From NCBI GenBank assembly GCA_052388375.1, contig JBQTIG010000043.1:6865-70864 (forward strand): 64,000 nt of DNA. Reading direction: 5' to 3'. Source of the DNA: Planctomycetaceae bacterium (lineage in GTDB: Bacteria > Planctomycetota > PLA2). Below, piece after piece: positions 1 through 8,437 of the stretch; the stretch's first letter is position 1, and every line of letters begins with the position of its first letter. The notes beneath the pieces are model-generated. The model was not told the DNA's origin, made no database searches, and saw nothing but the letters and a program-made list of their open reading frames with translations. A program made the translations under genes and the position numbers.

Positions 1-1371
1 TGATAGGGCATGGAGGCTGGCGAGCAGCGGCAGGGCGGCGACGGCCCCGGCCGCGAGCAGCAGCCGCACCGGCAGGGTCCCGAGCGCCTCGCGCACCTGC
101 CAGCTCACGAGCCCCAGGAGCAGGAATTGCGCGCCGCAGCAGAGGAGGAAGAGCGCGCGCCAGGCGCGGGGCCGGCTCGGGGGGCTGCGCCGCCGCGTCG
201 CGAGCCGCCAGAGCGCGAGAATCGCCGCGAGGGAGGCGAGCCACACCAGGCGGCGCGGCCGGGGCGTCTCCGCGAGGGAGCGAAGACCGCGCCGCGCGCC
301 GTTGAGCCAGAGCGGTTGGGCTTCAAAGGAGCTGGAGGCCATGCTCCCCCCGGGGACCGCGAAGAGCGCGAGCGTCCGCGCGTTCCGCAGCGCGTCCACG
401 ACCCCCTCGGCGCTCGCGGCGTCGCGGCTCGTGAGCAGCGTCACAGCGGTGACATGGGGGCCGTACTTGAAATCGAGCGCGCCGAGGAGCGACTTCTTCC
501 CGCGCACCGCGGCCGACGTCATCTGCATGCCCGCCTGCACGACGCGGTTGACCACCTCCATGCCGTCGATGCCCTGCTCGAGCATCCGCTCGAACGGAGG
601 CGGCAGGCGGATGCCGTACCAGGGGTGGGCGAGGATCGTGGCCCCGCCCCCCTCCCGCACCTCCGCGAGGGTCGCGGCGAGGGAGTCCCGGTCCGGTCGG
701 AACGTGCGCTTGGCGTTGACGAGGACGACATGGGCGTCGCCCTGGTACTCCTCGCCGGGCAGCACGAGGAACGGGGGATCGGCCTGCAGCGCGGCCGCCG
801 CCTGAATCGCCTCCAGGCTCGACTGGTGGTTGTTCTTGTCCGTGACGCAGAGGACGCGGATGCCGCGGCTCCAGTGCCACCGCGCCACGTCGCGGGCGGG
901 CAGGAGGCCGGTGGACCGGTCGGTGTGCGCATGCAGGTTGGCCTGCACGAAACCCCGCGCGGCGGGGCCCAGCTCCAGCCGCCGCCCCTCCTGGAAGCAG
1001 GAGGCGTAGAGGAGCGCCAGCACCGCGGGGCAGCTGAGTGCGACGACGAGGAGGAGCCGGCGCGCGCCGGCGCGCACGCCGCGGCCGAACAGGCCGGTGA
1101 GCAGCGCCAGGAGCGCCAGGGCCGCCACGAGCGTCGCGCAGCCGTCGGGCCCGGCGGCGTCGGCGGCATAACAGAGATCGACGAAGAGCGCGTCGATGCG
1201 GGGCGACTCCCGTTCCGGCAGGACGAGGGTGGCGAACTCCGGCGGGCAGGCCCGCTCCGTCCCGTCCGCGTCGATGCGCCGAACCTCGATGGACCACACC
1301 TCGAGCGGAGGAAGCAGCAGCAGGGCCAGGGCCAACGCCGCGAGAAGGAGGAGCGGGCCCGGGCGCTTCAC
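1..1371 (-). CDS. PHP-domain-like membrane-anchored phosphoesterase (3' end runs off the window)
   Basis: Absent from the ORF track because it has a GTG start and no stop inside the window. My own reverse-strand translation from GTG at 1371 gives VKRPGPLLLLAALALALLLL (signal/TM). It continues with FVQANLHAHTDRSTGLLPARDV...VLCVTDKNN...ILAHPW, which fits the PHP-type HxH/D metal pattern, and ends in C-terminal hydrophobic segments. The GTG overlaps the waaA stop (GTGA). Confidence 0.5.
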   Translation of the reverse strand, partial: MKRPGPLLLLAALALALLLLPPLEVWSIEVRRIDADGTERACPPEFATLVLPERESPRIDALFVDLCYAADAAGPDGCATLVAALALLALLTGLFGRGVRAGARRLLLVVALSCPAVLALLYASCFQEGRRLELGPAARGFVQANLHAHTDRSTGLLPARDVARWHWSRGIRVLCVTDKNNHQSSLEAIQAAAALQADPPFLVLPGEEYQGDAHVVLVNAKRTFRPDRDSLAATLAEVREGGGATILAHPWYGIRLPPPFERMLEQGIDGMEVVNRVVQAGMQMTSAAVRGKKSLLGALDFKYGPHVTAVTLLTSRDAASAEGVVDALRNARTLALFAVPGGSMASSSFEAQPLWLNGARRGLRSLAETPRPRRLVWLASLAAILALWRLATRRRSPPSRPRAWRALFLLCCGAQFLLLGLVSWQVREALGTLPVRLLLAAGAVAALPLLASLHALS

Positions 1372-2693
1372 GCCACGAGCTCCCGGATCGAGAGCGCCTG
1401 ACGCTCGGCGGCCCCGCGATTCTCGGCGAGGAGCGTCTCGGCAGCGTGGCGGAGCCGCTCGCGCTCCGCCGGATCCCCGAGGATGCGCCGCAGGCAGGGC
1501 AGGAGCGCCGCGCCGTCGGCCAATTCCACCCCTGCCCCGCGCTGGAGGAACTCCCGGGCGATGCGGCGCGCCTTTCCGTGGCAGGGGCCGAAGAGCACCG
1601 GCGCCCCGCAGACGATGGGCTCGAGGATGTTGTGCAGGCCCACCTCCGGCGTGAGGCCTCCCCCCACGTAGGCGGCGTCCGCGAGGTTGTAGCAGCCCGC
1701 CAGCTCCCCCATCGTGTCGAGGATGAGGACCGGCGCCGCGCCGCCTGCGGTGCGCCGCGCGCAGGCAAGGCCGCGCTCCGCGCAGCCGCGCTCCAGTTCG
1801 ACGACGCGCTCCTGGCGCCGCGGCGCCACGATGGCGTGCAGGTCGCACCCCTCGCCCCGGAGGGCGGCCACCGCGTCCAGGACCGGCCCCTCGTCCTCGG
1901 CGAGCGTCGAGCCCGCGACGAAGACGGGCGCCCGCTCGGGCAGTCCGAACGCGCGCCGCAGGGCGGGACGCTCCGCCGCGGGCACCCCCCCGGTGGATCC
2001 GTCGAACTTGAGGTTTCCCATGGTGCGCACGCGATCCCGCGGCGCCCCGCGCTCGACGATCTGCCGCGCATCCTCCTCCGTCTGCATCAGGAAGAGGTCC
2101 ACGTTGCCGAGCACCGCGCGCCCGAAGGAGCGCAGCCGGCGCCAGGCCGGGCGCGGCCCCGCGTGGCCCGAGGCCAAAACCACGGGGATCCCGCGTCCCT
2201 TCGCCTGCCGCACGAGATTGGGCCAGAGATCGGTCTCGATCATGACGTAGAGGAAGGGGCGGATGCGATTGAGGAAGCGCGCCACGAAGAGCGGCAGATC
2301 GAGGGGCGAGTAGGCGATGCCGTCGGCGCAGCCCTGGAGCAGGCGGCCGGCCATCTCCTTGCCGTAGCGCGAAGTGACGGTGAAGAGGATGGGGGCATCG
2401 GGGAAGGCGGCCCTGAGGCGCCGCACCAGCGGGGCGGCCGAAACCGTCTCTCCGGCGGAGGCGGCGTGGAACCAGAGCGCCGGAGCCCGCCCGAACTGCT
2501 CCAAAAGCGGGGCGGGAAGCCGTCCCATGCGCTCCTTGAACTGGCCGCGGAAGCGGCCGCGCGTGAGCCGGGCGATCAGCCAGAAGGGCAGGCAGGCGAG
2601 CGCGACCAGGTGCAGCAGCAGGTTGTAGAGTGCGTACCAGACGCGCGCGCCCGGGCCAGGAGCCATCGCGGGATTGTACGCGCCGCCCCACAC
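1368..2693 (-). CDS. waaA: 3-deoxy-D-manno-octulosonic acid (Kdo) transferase
   Basis: Track ORF of 441 aa. It has an N-terminal membrane helix, then WFHAASAGE, PILFTVTS and IETDLWPN, the typical KdtA/WaaA glycosyltransferase signature. The true start may be the internal Met at about 2666. Confidence 0.85.
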   Translation of the reverse strand: MWGGAYNPAMAPGPGARVWYALYNLLLHLVALACLPFWLIARLTRGRFRGQFKERMGRLPAPLLEQFGRAPALWFHAASAGETVSAAPLVRRLRAAFPDAPILFTVTSRYGKEMAGRLLQGCADGIAYSPLDLPLFVARFLNRIRPFLYVMIETDLWPNLVRQAKGRGIPVVLASGHAGPRPAWRRLRSFGRAVLGNVDLFLMQTEEDARQIVERGAPRDRVRTMGNLKFDGSTGGVPAAERPALRRAFGLPERAPVFVAGSTLAEDEGPVLDAVAALRGEGCDLHAIVAPRRQERVVELERGCAERGLACARRTAGGAAPVLILDTMGELAGCYNLADAAYVGGGLTPEVGLHNILEPIVCGAPVLFGPCHGKARRIAREFLQRGAGVELADGAALLPCLRRILGDPAERERLRHAAETLLAENRGAAERQALSIRELVA

Positions 2694-2739
2694 AGCTTGA
2701 ACCGTCGCCGGCCCGCGCTACGATTCACGGTTCGCCACC

Positions 2740-4200
2740 ATGTGCGGCATCCTTGGCATCCTCGGACCCGGCCCGGTCGCCGCGGAACTGCTCGACGGCC
2801 TCATCGCCCTCCAGCACCGCGGGCAGGACGCCGCAGGCATCGCGACCTTCGGCCAGAGGTTGCACCTCCGCAAGCGGTTCGGTCTCGTGCGCGACGCCTT
2901 TTCGATCAAGGACGTGGCCGCGCTCGAAGGCTCCTTCGGGATCGGCCACGTGCGGTATCCCACCGTGGGTCTGGGGGACGTCGCCGACGCGCAGCCGCTC
3001 TTCGTCAACGCGCCCTACGGCATCGCGATGGCGCACAACGGCAACGTCACGAACTTCACCTCGCTGCGAGGCTACCTCGAGCAGGAGGAGCACCGCCAGA
3101 TCAACACCGAGTGCGACGTCGAAGTGATCCTCAACGTCTTCGCCCAGGGGCTCGCGCGCCACACGAGCCTCCCCTTCCCGGAAGCCTGCGCCGAGGCGGC
3201 CCGCGCGGTCTACCAGCGCGTGAAGGGCTCCTACAGCGCGGTGGTGGCGGTGGCGGGGCGCGGGCTGGCGGCCCTGCGCGACCCCTACGGCATCAAGCCC
3301 GCGGTCTACGGCACGCGGCGGGGCGCGGAGGGCGTCACCCACATCATCGCGAGCGAGAGCTGCGCTCTCGACGCCCTGGGGGCGAGCATCGAACGCGATC
3401 TGGCGCCCGGAGAGGTGCTGACCATCAGCCCCGACGGCAGGGTCGATGCCCGGCAGGTCGTCCCCCCGCGCCACTACCCCTGCGTCTTCGAGTACGTCTA
3501 CTTCGCCAGGCCCGACTCGATGCTGGACGACATCAGCGTCTACAAGACGCGGCTCCGCCTGGGCAACCACCTGGCGGCGCGGGTGCGCGCGCGCGGGCTC
3601 GTGCCCGACGTGGTGATCCCGGTCCCCGACAGCGCGCGCCCCGCGGCGCAGGCGGTGGCTGAGGACTTGGGGGTCATCCTGCGCGAGGGGCTCTTGAAGA
3701 ACCGCTACATCGGCCGCACCTTCATCATGCCGAAGCAGCGCGAGCGGCGCCGGTCGGTGCGCCACAAGCTCACGCCCCTGCGCCTGGAGATCGAGGGGAA
3801 GAAGGTCCTGCTCGTGGACGACTCGATCGTGCGCGGCACGACCATGCGCGAGTTGATCCAGATGGTGCGCGACGCCGGCGCGAAGGAGGTCTACGTCGCC
3901 TCCTCCTGCCCTCCGATTCGCCACCCTTGCGTCTACGGGATCGACATGTCGGTGAAGGGCGAGTTCGTGGCCTCGGGCCGCGACGAGAGCGAGATCGAGC
4001 GCCTGCTGGGCGCCGACGCGCTGGTCTACGCGACCCTTCCCGGCCTCACCGAGGCCGCCACGAAGGGCAACCCGAAGATCGGCCACTTCTGCATGGCCTG
4101 CATGGACGGCAAGTACCCCACCGGCGACGTGACCGAGGCGACCCTGGCCGAGATCGAATCGGAGCGGCTCCGCTCCCACGCCAAGAGCGAGGCGAACTGA
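2740..4200 (+). CDS. purF: amidophosphoribosyltransferase
   Basis: MCGILGI N-terminal nucleophile Cys, LQHRGQDAAG, a C-terminal PRT motif VLLVDDSIVRGTT, and an Fe-S Cys cluster near the end (CMACMDGKYP). Confidence 0.95.
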   Translation: MCGILGILGPGPVAAELLDGLIALQHRGQDAAGIATFGQRLHLRKRFGLVRDAFSIKDVAALEGSFGIGHVRYPTVGLGDVADAQPLFVNAPYGIAMAHNGNVTNFTSLRGYLEQEEHRQINTECDVEVILNVFAQGLARHTSLPFPEACAEAARAVYQRVKGSYSAVVAVAGRGLAALRDPYGIKPAVYGTRRGAEGVTHIIASESCALDALGASIERDLAPGEVLTISPDGRVDARQVVPPRHYPCVFEYVYFARPDSMLDDISVYKTRLRLGNHLAARVRARGLVPDVVIPVPDSARPAAQAVAEDLGVILREGLLKNRYIGRTFIMPKQRERRRSVRHKLTPLRLEIEGKKVLLVDDSIVRGTTMRELIQMVRDAGAKEVYVASSCPPIRHPCVYGIDMSVKGEFVASGRDESEIERLLGADALVYATLPGLTEAATKGNPKIGHFCMACMDGKYPTGDVTEATLAEIESERLRSHAKSEAN

Positions 4201-4548
4201 GGGGCTTTCGGTTGCCTTGCCCTCGCGATCGGTCGGATCGGCAGCGACCCGGGATGGCGAGCGACGGACATCGGCAGCGCAGCCCGGCCACGCGGGAGTC
4301 ACCCCTACGGCGCCGCGCCTTGCAGAGCTTGCGACCAAATCGAACCAATGACGACAATCGCGACTCGCGGTAAGCGGTCGCATGTCGCACGTAACTTCGC
4401 CAATTGCAAAGGTGTTCTGTCGTGCCCGATCTCGGGCCTCGTGCGGCCCGAAATGTGGTGGTCGCCGGTGCGTCCGGGGCGTCGTGGCGGCGCGGTTCCA
4501 TTCAGCCGCCACGAAACGCCGAACCGGCAAGACGAGAGGAGGAAGGCG

Positions 4549-5403
4549 ATGACCGTTCGTGCGATCGGGCTGATCGTCTGCGCACTCGCGCTGAGCGTGT
4601 CTGCGGAAGGGTTGGGTGGGGGAGGCGGCGGCAACCCAGGGAGGCTTGGTGGGCACGGTGGAGACGGCGGCACGGCGAACCCGGCGGGCTCCCCCACGGG
4701 GGAGTCATCGGGATTCTTCGACGGAGGAATGGACGGCGACGGGGGGGCCTCCGGCGAAGGAGTCAATCACGGAGATGGCGGCGAAGGAGGCCAAGGGGGG
4801 AAGGGGGGCGCGGAGAAAGCCCAGGAAGGCGGTTCGAATCCTGTTGCCATGGATGTCAGGGGGGACAACCGGATTGCCCTGGCAATCGACTGGGATGCCG
4901 ACCCAGGGAATGGTGGCGACGATGGCGAGTCCGGAAAGAGCGGACCAAGTGGCGGGGGCAGTGGAGGCGGGGGAGGTGGTGGCGGAGGCGGGGGAAGCGG
5001 TCAAAGCGCCTTCGCGCAAGTCGGGAATGAAACGATCCTGCCGCCGCTGCTGGATACAAAGGCGACCGCGAGGGGCGGTCAGGGGAGGCGTGCTGGGAAT
5101 GGCGGGAAGGGCGGCGCGCGAGGATCGACTCCCCAAGCCGGAGCAGGAGGAGGCGGCGGCGGGGGAGGCGGGGACGGGGGACACGGCGGCAATGCCACGG
5201 CTATTGCCGGCGCCGAAGCCATCGCCGAGGCGTTTGCCGGTAGCGGTGGCAAGAAGGGATCAGGAGGCGCCGGAAGCAGTGGCGGCAATCCCGGCGAAGC
5301 CGGCTCTGAGGGTCAAGTCGGGGCCGGCGGCCTGGCGACGGCCACTGCTGGGGGTGGCGGCCAGACGAATCCCGTGCACGGAACGGCTGGCGCCAATGCC
5401 TGA
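4549..5403 (+). CDS. secreted glycine-rich low-complexity protein (PGRS-like GGxGG repeats)
   Basis: Internal Met of track ORF 4348..5403, preceded by a GAGGAGGAAGG RBS. It has a signal peptide MTVRAIGLIVCALALSVSAEG, followed by long GGxGGxGG/GGGGGGGG runs and no other recognisable domain. Confidence 0.6.
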   Translation: MTVRAIGLIVCALALSVSAEGLGGGGGGNPGRLGGHGGDGGTANPAGSPTGESSGFFDGGMDGDGGASGEGVNHGDGGEGGQGGKGGAEKAQEGGSNPVAMDVRGDNRIALAIDWDADPGNGGDDGESGKSGPSGGGSGGGGGGGGGGGSGQSAFAQVGNETILPPLLDTKATARGGQGRRAGNGGKGGARGSTPQAGAGGGGGGGGGDGGHGGNATAIAGAEAIAEAFAGSGGKKGSGGAGSSGGNPGEAGSEGQVGAGGLATATAGGGGQTNPVHGTAGANA

Positions 5404-5432
5404 GGCTATGGACGCGGCCGCGTCTTGTGCTA

Positions 5433-6605
5433 GTGGTCTGATTCGTAATTGAGGGAACTTATTGTGGACTTGCTCCGTTCTTCTCTTCTCCTCGAGAAGA
5501 GGATGGATCCATGCGCGTGGCGCCGCAGATCGGGCTGACGCAGGACGAGCGCCAGGAGTTGACGAAGTGGTCGCGCGGACGCAGCACGCAGGTCCGCCGG
5601 GCACAGCGGGCGAAGATCGTGCTGCTCGCGGCGGAAGGTCGCGAGAACCGGGACATCGCGGCGGAACTCGGGGCAACGCGCCGGACGGTCGGCCGCTGGC
5701 GGACGCGCTTCGCGAAGTCGCGGATCGCCGGGATCGAGAAGGACCTTTCCCGGGGCGGACGCACGCCGACGAAGCGGCGCAAGCTGGAGTCGCTGATCGT
5801 CGCCAAGACGACGCAGGAGAGCCCGGCGAATGCGACGCACTGGAGCACGCGGACTCTCGCGCGCGAGCTCGGGACGACCCAAGCGATGGTGCAGCGGGTC
5901 TGGAAGGCCAACGGTCTCAGGCCGCACCTGACGAAGGGCTTCAAGTTGAGCAACCGCCCGCGCTTCGAGGAGAAGCTCGTCGATGTCGTGGGCCTCTACC
6001 TCAACCCGCCCGAGAACGCCCTGGTGATCCGCGCGGACGAGAAGAGCCAGCGCCAGGCGCTCGACCGCACGCAACCGAGCCTTCCGCTGGAGCTCGGCCG
6101 CTGCAGCACGATGACGCACGACTACGAGCGCAACGGGACGACGACGCTCTTCGCCGCGATGGAGATGGCGCACGGCCGCGTGATCGCGACCTGCATGAAG
6201 CGCCACCGCCACCAGGAGTGGATCGAGTTCCTGGAACTCATCGACCGGAGTACGCCGCGGGAGCTCGACCTGCACGTCATCGCCGACAACTATGCCACCC
6301 ACAAGCACGAGAAGGTCAGGCGCTGGCTCCAGAGGCACCCGCGCTTCCACGTGCACTTCACTCCCACGAGCGCCTCATGGCTCTACGTGATCGAGCGCTT
6401 CTTCCGCGACCTCACCGACAAGCGACTTCGCCGCGGCGCCTTCAAGAGCATCGACCAACTCGTCGCGGCGATCCTCGCCTACGTCAACGGCCACAACGAC
6501 GACCCGAGTCCGATCCTCTGGACCAAGACCGCCGAGGAGATTATCGAGAAGGTCGGCCGCGCGCGGCTGGCGCTCGTAGAGGCCCAACAGCGTGCGTCAG
6601 ACCAC
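5433..6605 (+). mobile_element. IS630-family insertion sequence (about 1.17 kb) with a TA target-site duplication in a CTAG target
   Basis: Terminal inverted repeat GTGGTCTGA (5433-5441) pairs with TCAGACCAC (6597-6605). TA flanks both ends (5431-5432 and 6606-6607). Removing the element plus one TA restores ...GTGCTAGCGTG..., a CTAG site of the kind preferred by IS630/Tc1-mariner elements. It carries a single DDE transposase ORF. Confidence 0.85.
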
Positions 6606-6608
6606 TAG
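5511..6608 (+). CDS. IS630-family DDE transposase
   Basis: 365 aa. N-terminal HTH region ([24 protein letters not shown]), then ADEKSQ...[10 protein letters not shown]...[11 protein letters not shown]...[16 protein letters not shown], typical of IS630 transposases. The TAG stop codon is completed by the duplicated TA. Confidence 0.9.
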   Translation: MRVAPQIGLTQDERQELTKWSRGRSTQVRRAQRAKIVLLAAEGRENRDIAAELGATRRTVGRWRTRFAKSRIAGIEKDLSRGGRTPTKRRKLESLIVAKTTQESPANATHWSTRTLARELGTTQAMVQRVWKANGLRPHLTKGFKLSNRPRFEEKLVDVVGLYLNPPENALVIRADEKSQRQALDRTQPSLPLELGRCSTMTHDYERNGTTTLFAAMEMAHGRVIATCMKRHRHQEWIEFLELIDRSTPRELDLHVIADNYATHKHEKVRRWLQRHPRFHVHFTPTSASWLYVIERFFRDLTDKRLRRGAFKSIDQLVAAILAYVNGHNDDPSPILWTKTAEEIIEKVGRARLALVEAQQRASDH

Positions 6609-6641
6609 CGTGCTCGAATCCGGAGCAAGAGGAACCCAATC

Positions 6642-8018
6642 ATGCGTCGAAGCTCGTCGCGGGCCTTGATCTTCGCGCCGATTCTCGCCGCGGCAGTGTT
6701 GATCCTCGCCTGGCTCGCGGCTGAACCGAGGATTCGTGGCAGGGGGCGGACCCAGGCGGCCGAGCCCCCTACCCGCGTCGCTCAGAACCCCTCGGGGGAC
6801 GACACCGACGTGCCCCAGCCCCTGAGCGAGAACGCGATCCCCCAAGAGAGGATTCGTGTTCGCGTGCTCGACTTGGCCGATGGCCGGCCGGTTCCCGGCG
6901 TGCGGGTTCGGGCTCGTGACGGCGCGCATGTGGCGCTCGCGGAGACCGACGCCGACGGCAGCGTTACGCTGCCCAAGAGCGGCGGATCCAGAGTCGAGCT
7001 GGACGACCCCCGCTGGACGGCTCTGCCGTCGGCCCGCAGCGATCCCCTTGTGACCGGGACCCTCTGGGTGCACGGGTGGATCGAAGTGGAGGGTGTCGTC
7101 CGCGTGCGGGGCGACGCAGAGGGTTTCGATGCTCGGAAGATCACGCTGAAGGTGCTGCTCGATCCGCGCGGAGCGCCCGATCTCCCAAAACCGTCGGAAC
7201 GGCAGTCGTCTTACGAAACGTGTCGATTCCTTCCACCTCCTTGCGCCGACGGTGCGTTCGCGGCGACTCTTCCCCGCGTTCACGGCGTGTCGATCGCCGC
7301 GAGCCCCCCCAGCACCAAGTCGGCACATCGGACGATCGAGGTCTCCGGGGGCGTCGAGCGTACTGACGTGGAGCTTTGGCTCGATCCGGCTTTTCAGGTG
7401 AGCGGCGCGCTTCGATCCAGCGGGGGGCGGCCACTCCAAGGCGTGAGCGTGACGGCCTACTCGGCGGTGGATCTCACCGGCACCGGGATCAGCCTGGAGG
7501 ATGCGCAGCTCCTCCAGCCCGAGGGCGGCTTCACCGCGAGCATGAACCAGGTTACGGGCCGGTCGCGCGCAACCTTCATGTACGAGGCGCGCACGGGATC
7601 GGACGGCCGATTCGAACTGACGGTCAAGGTGCCCGGAGAAGTCCTGCTCGTCGCCCACGAGTTCGGCCATCGACCGGCCGAAGCGGACCTCGGGCTCATC
7701 GGGAGGGATCTGGCTGGGATCGATCTTTCGGCCGAAAAGGTCGCCTCTCCCGCCTTCGTGCGGATCCTGACCCACGGAAAGCCGCTTCGTGAGGCGAGCG
7801 TGCTCGTGGCCAACCTCTCCCTGAAAGAGGGCGACGTTCAGGCGGGCGGCATGGTCAGGACGGACGCCGATGGGCAGATGTCGACGGACTGGCTGCTGCC
7901 GGGGCGGCGCTACTTCTTCCACTACGCGGGGCTGTGCGGACACGTCGTCTGGTCCGACCCGGAGACCCTCGACCTCGCCCGCGACCTGCGTCCCGTCTCG
8001 GAGCTTCCCAGCCGCTGA
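6642..8018 (+). CDS. membrane-anchored protein with CarboxypepD_reg-like beta-sandwich repeats
   Basis: N-terminal TM helix (ALIFAPILAAAVLILAWL). Repeated motifs such as VRVLDLADGRPVPGVRVRA...TDADGSVTL and RTGSDGRFEL resemble carboxypeptidase-regulatory-like folds. Function unknown. The IS630 right end lies 34 bp upstream of the ATG. Confidence 0.6.
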   Translation: MRRSSSRALIFAPILAAAVLILAWLAAEPRIRGRGRTQAAEPPTRVAQNPSGDDTDVPQPLSENAIPQERIRVRVLDLADGRPVPGVRVRARDGAHVALAETDADGSVTLPKSGGSRVELDDPRWTALPSARSDPLVTGTLWVHGWIEVEGVVRVRGDAEGFDARKITLKVLLDPRGAPDLPKPSERQSSYETCRFLPPPCADGAFAATLPRVHGVSIAASPPSTKSAHRTIEVSGGVERTDVELWLDPAFQVSGALRSSGGRPLQGVSVTAYSAVDLTGTGISLEDAQLLQPEGGFTASMNQVTGRSRATFMYEARTGSDGRFELTVKVPGEVLLVAHEFGHRPAEADLGLIGRDLAGIDLSAEKVASPAFVRILTHGKPLREASVLVANLSLKEGDVQAGGMVRTDADGQMSTDWLLPGRRYFFHYAGLCGHVVWSDPETLDLARDLRPVSELPSR

Positions 8019-8023
8019 CCTCG

Positions 8024-8067
8024 AAAACGCGCGGAGGCCGGTTGGCTTTCGCCCCCCGGCCTCCGCG
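8024..8067 (-). terminator. intrinsic terminator hairpin between convergent genes
   Basis: A perfect 12 bp stem, CGCGGAGGCCGG (8030-8041) with CCGGCCTCCGCG (8056-8067), and a 14 nt loop. On the minus strand the stem is followed by GCGTTTTCG, immediately downstream of the ferredoxin stop. Confidence 0.6.
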
Positions 8068-8087
8068 GGAATCCCGCCTGACCTCCG

Positions 8088-8345
8088 TTACTTGAAGTGG
8101 TTGGCGTTGATCTCGATGAAGTGCTTCCAGTTCTCGGGGGTGTCCGCCTCCGGGAAGATCGCGTTCACCGGACAGACCGGCTCGCAGGCGCCGCAGTCGA
8201 TGCAGGTGGCCGGATCGATGTAAAGCTGCTTGCCCTCCTTGCCGTCGGGATAGCCGTCGCGGGGCTGGATGCAGTCGACCGGGCACTCCTCCACGCAGGC
8301 CTTGTCGCAGACCCCGATACAGGGCTCGCAGATGATATAGGTCAT
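8088..8345 (-). CDS. two-cluster (7Fe/FdxA-like) ferredoxin
   Basis: Internal Met of the track ORF with an AAGGAGA RBS. MTYIICEPCIGVCDKACVEECPVDCIQP and CIDCGACEPVCPVNAI are the two ferredoxin Cys motifs. Confidence 0.9.
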   Translation of the reverse strand: MTYIICEPCIGVCDKACVEECPVDCIQPRDGYPDGKEGKQLYIDPATCIDCGACEPVCPVNAIFPEADTPENWKHFIEINANHFK

Positions 8346-8437
8346 CGCATTCTCCTTGGGCGCGCCTAGGGACGCGCCTCGTTCTGGACCTGCACTATCG
8401 TCCGTGTCCCCCAAGAAAGTCAAGCTCTGCCTCCTCG

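Noticed and set aside
10-2071. Track ORFs 10..1401 (+), 323..2071 (-) and 519..1169 (-)
   Set aside because: All are R/A/P/G-rich and overlap the waaA gene and the PHP-like frame, which alone yields signal/TM segments and an HxH metal motif.
4331-4350. GGTTCGATTTGGTCGC on the minus strand, resembling a tRNA T-loop, in the gap after purF
   Set aside because: No complementary T-stem, acceptor stem or anticodon arm can be drawn around it, so it is not a tRNA or a convincing tRNA-derived att site.
2725-4656. 643-aa minus-strand ORF covering the purF region
   Set aside because: It is antisense to a gene with unmistakable PurF motifs. Its translation is Arg/Ala/Gly/Pro-rich with no recognisable domain, a typical high-GC shadow ORF.
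4900-5200. GGN-rich tandem-looking DNA repeats
   Set aside because: They lie inside the glycine-rich CDS and simply encode poly-Gly. They lack the regular repeat/spacer periodicity of a CRISPR array or a satellite.
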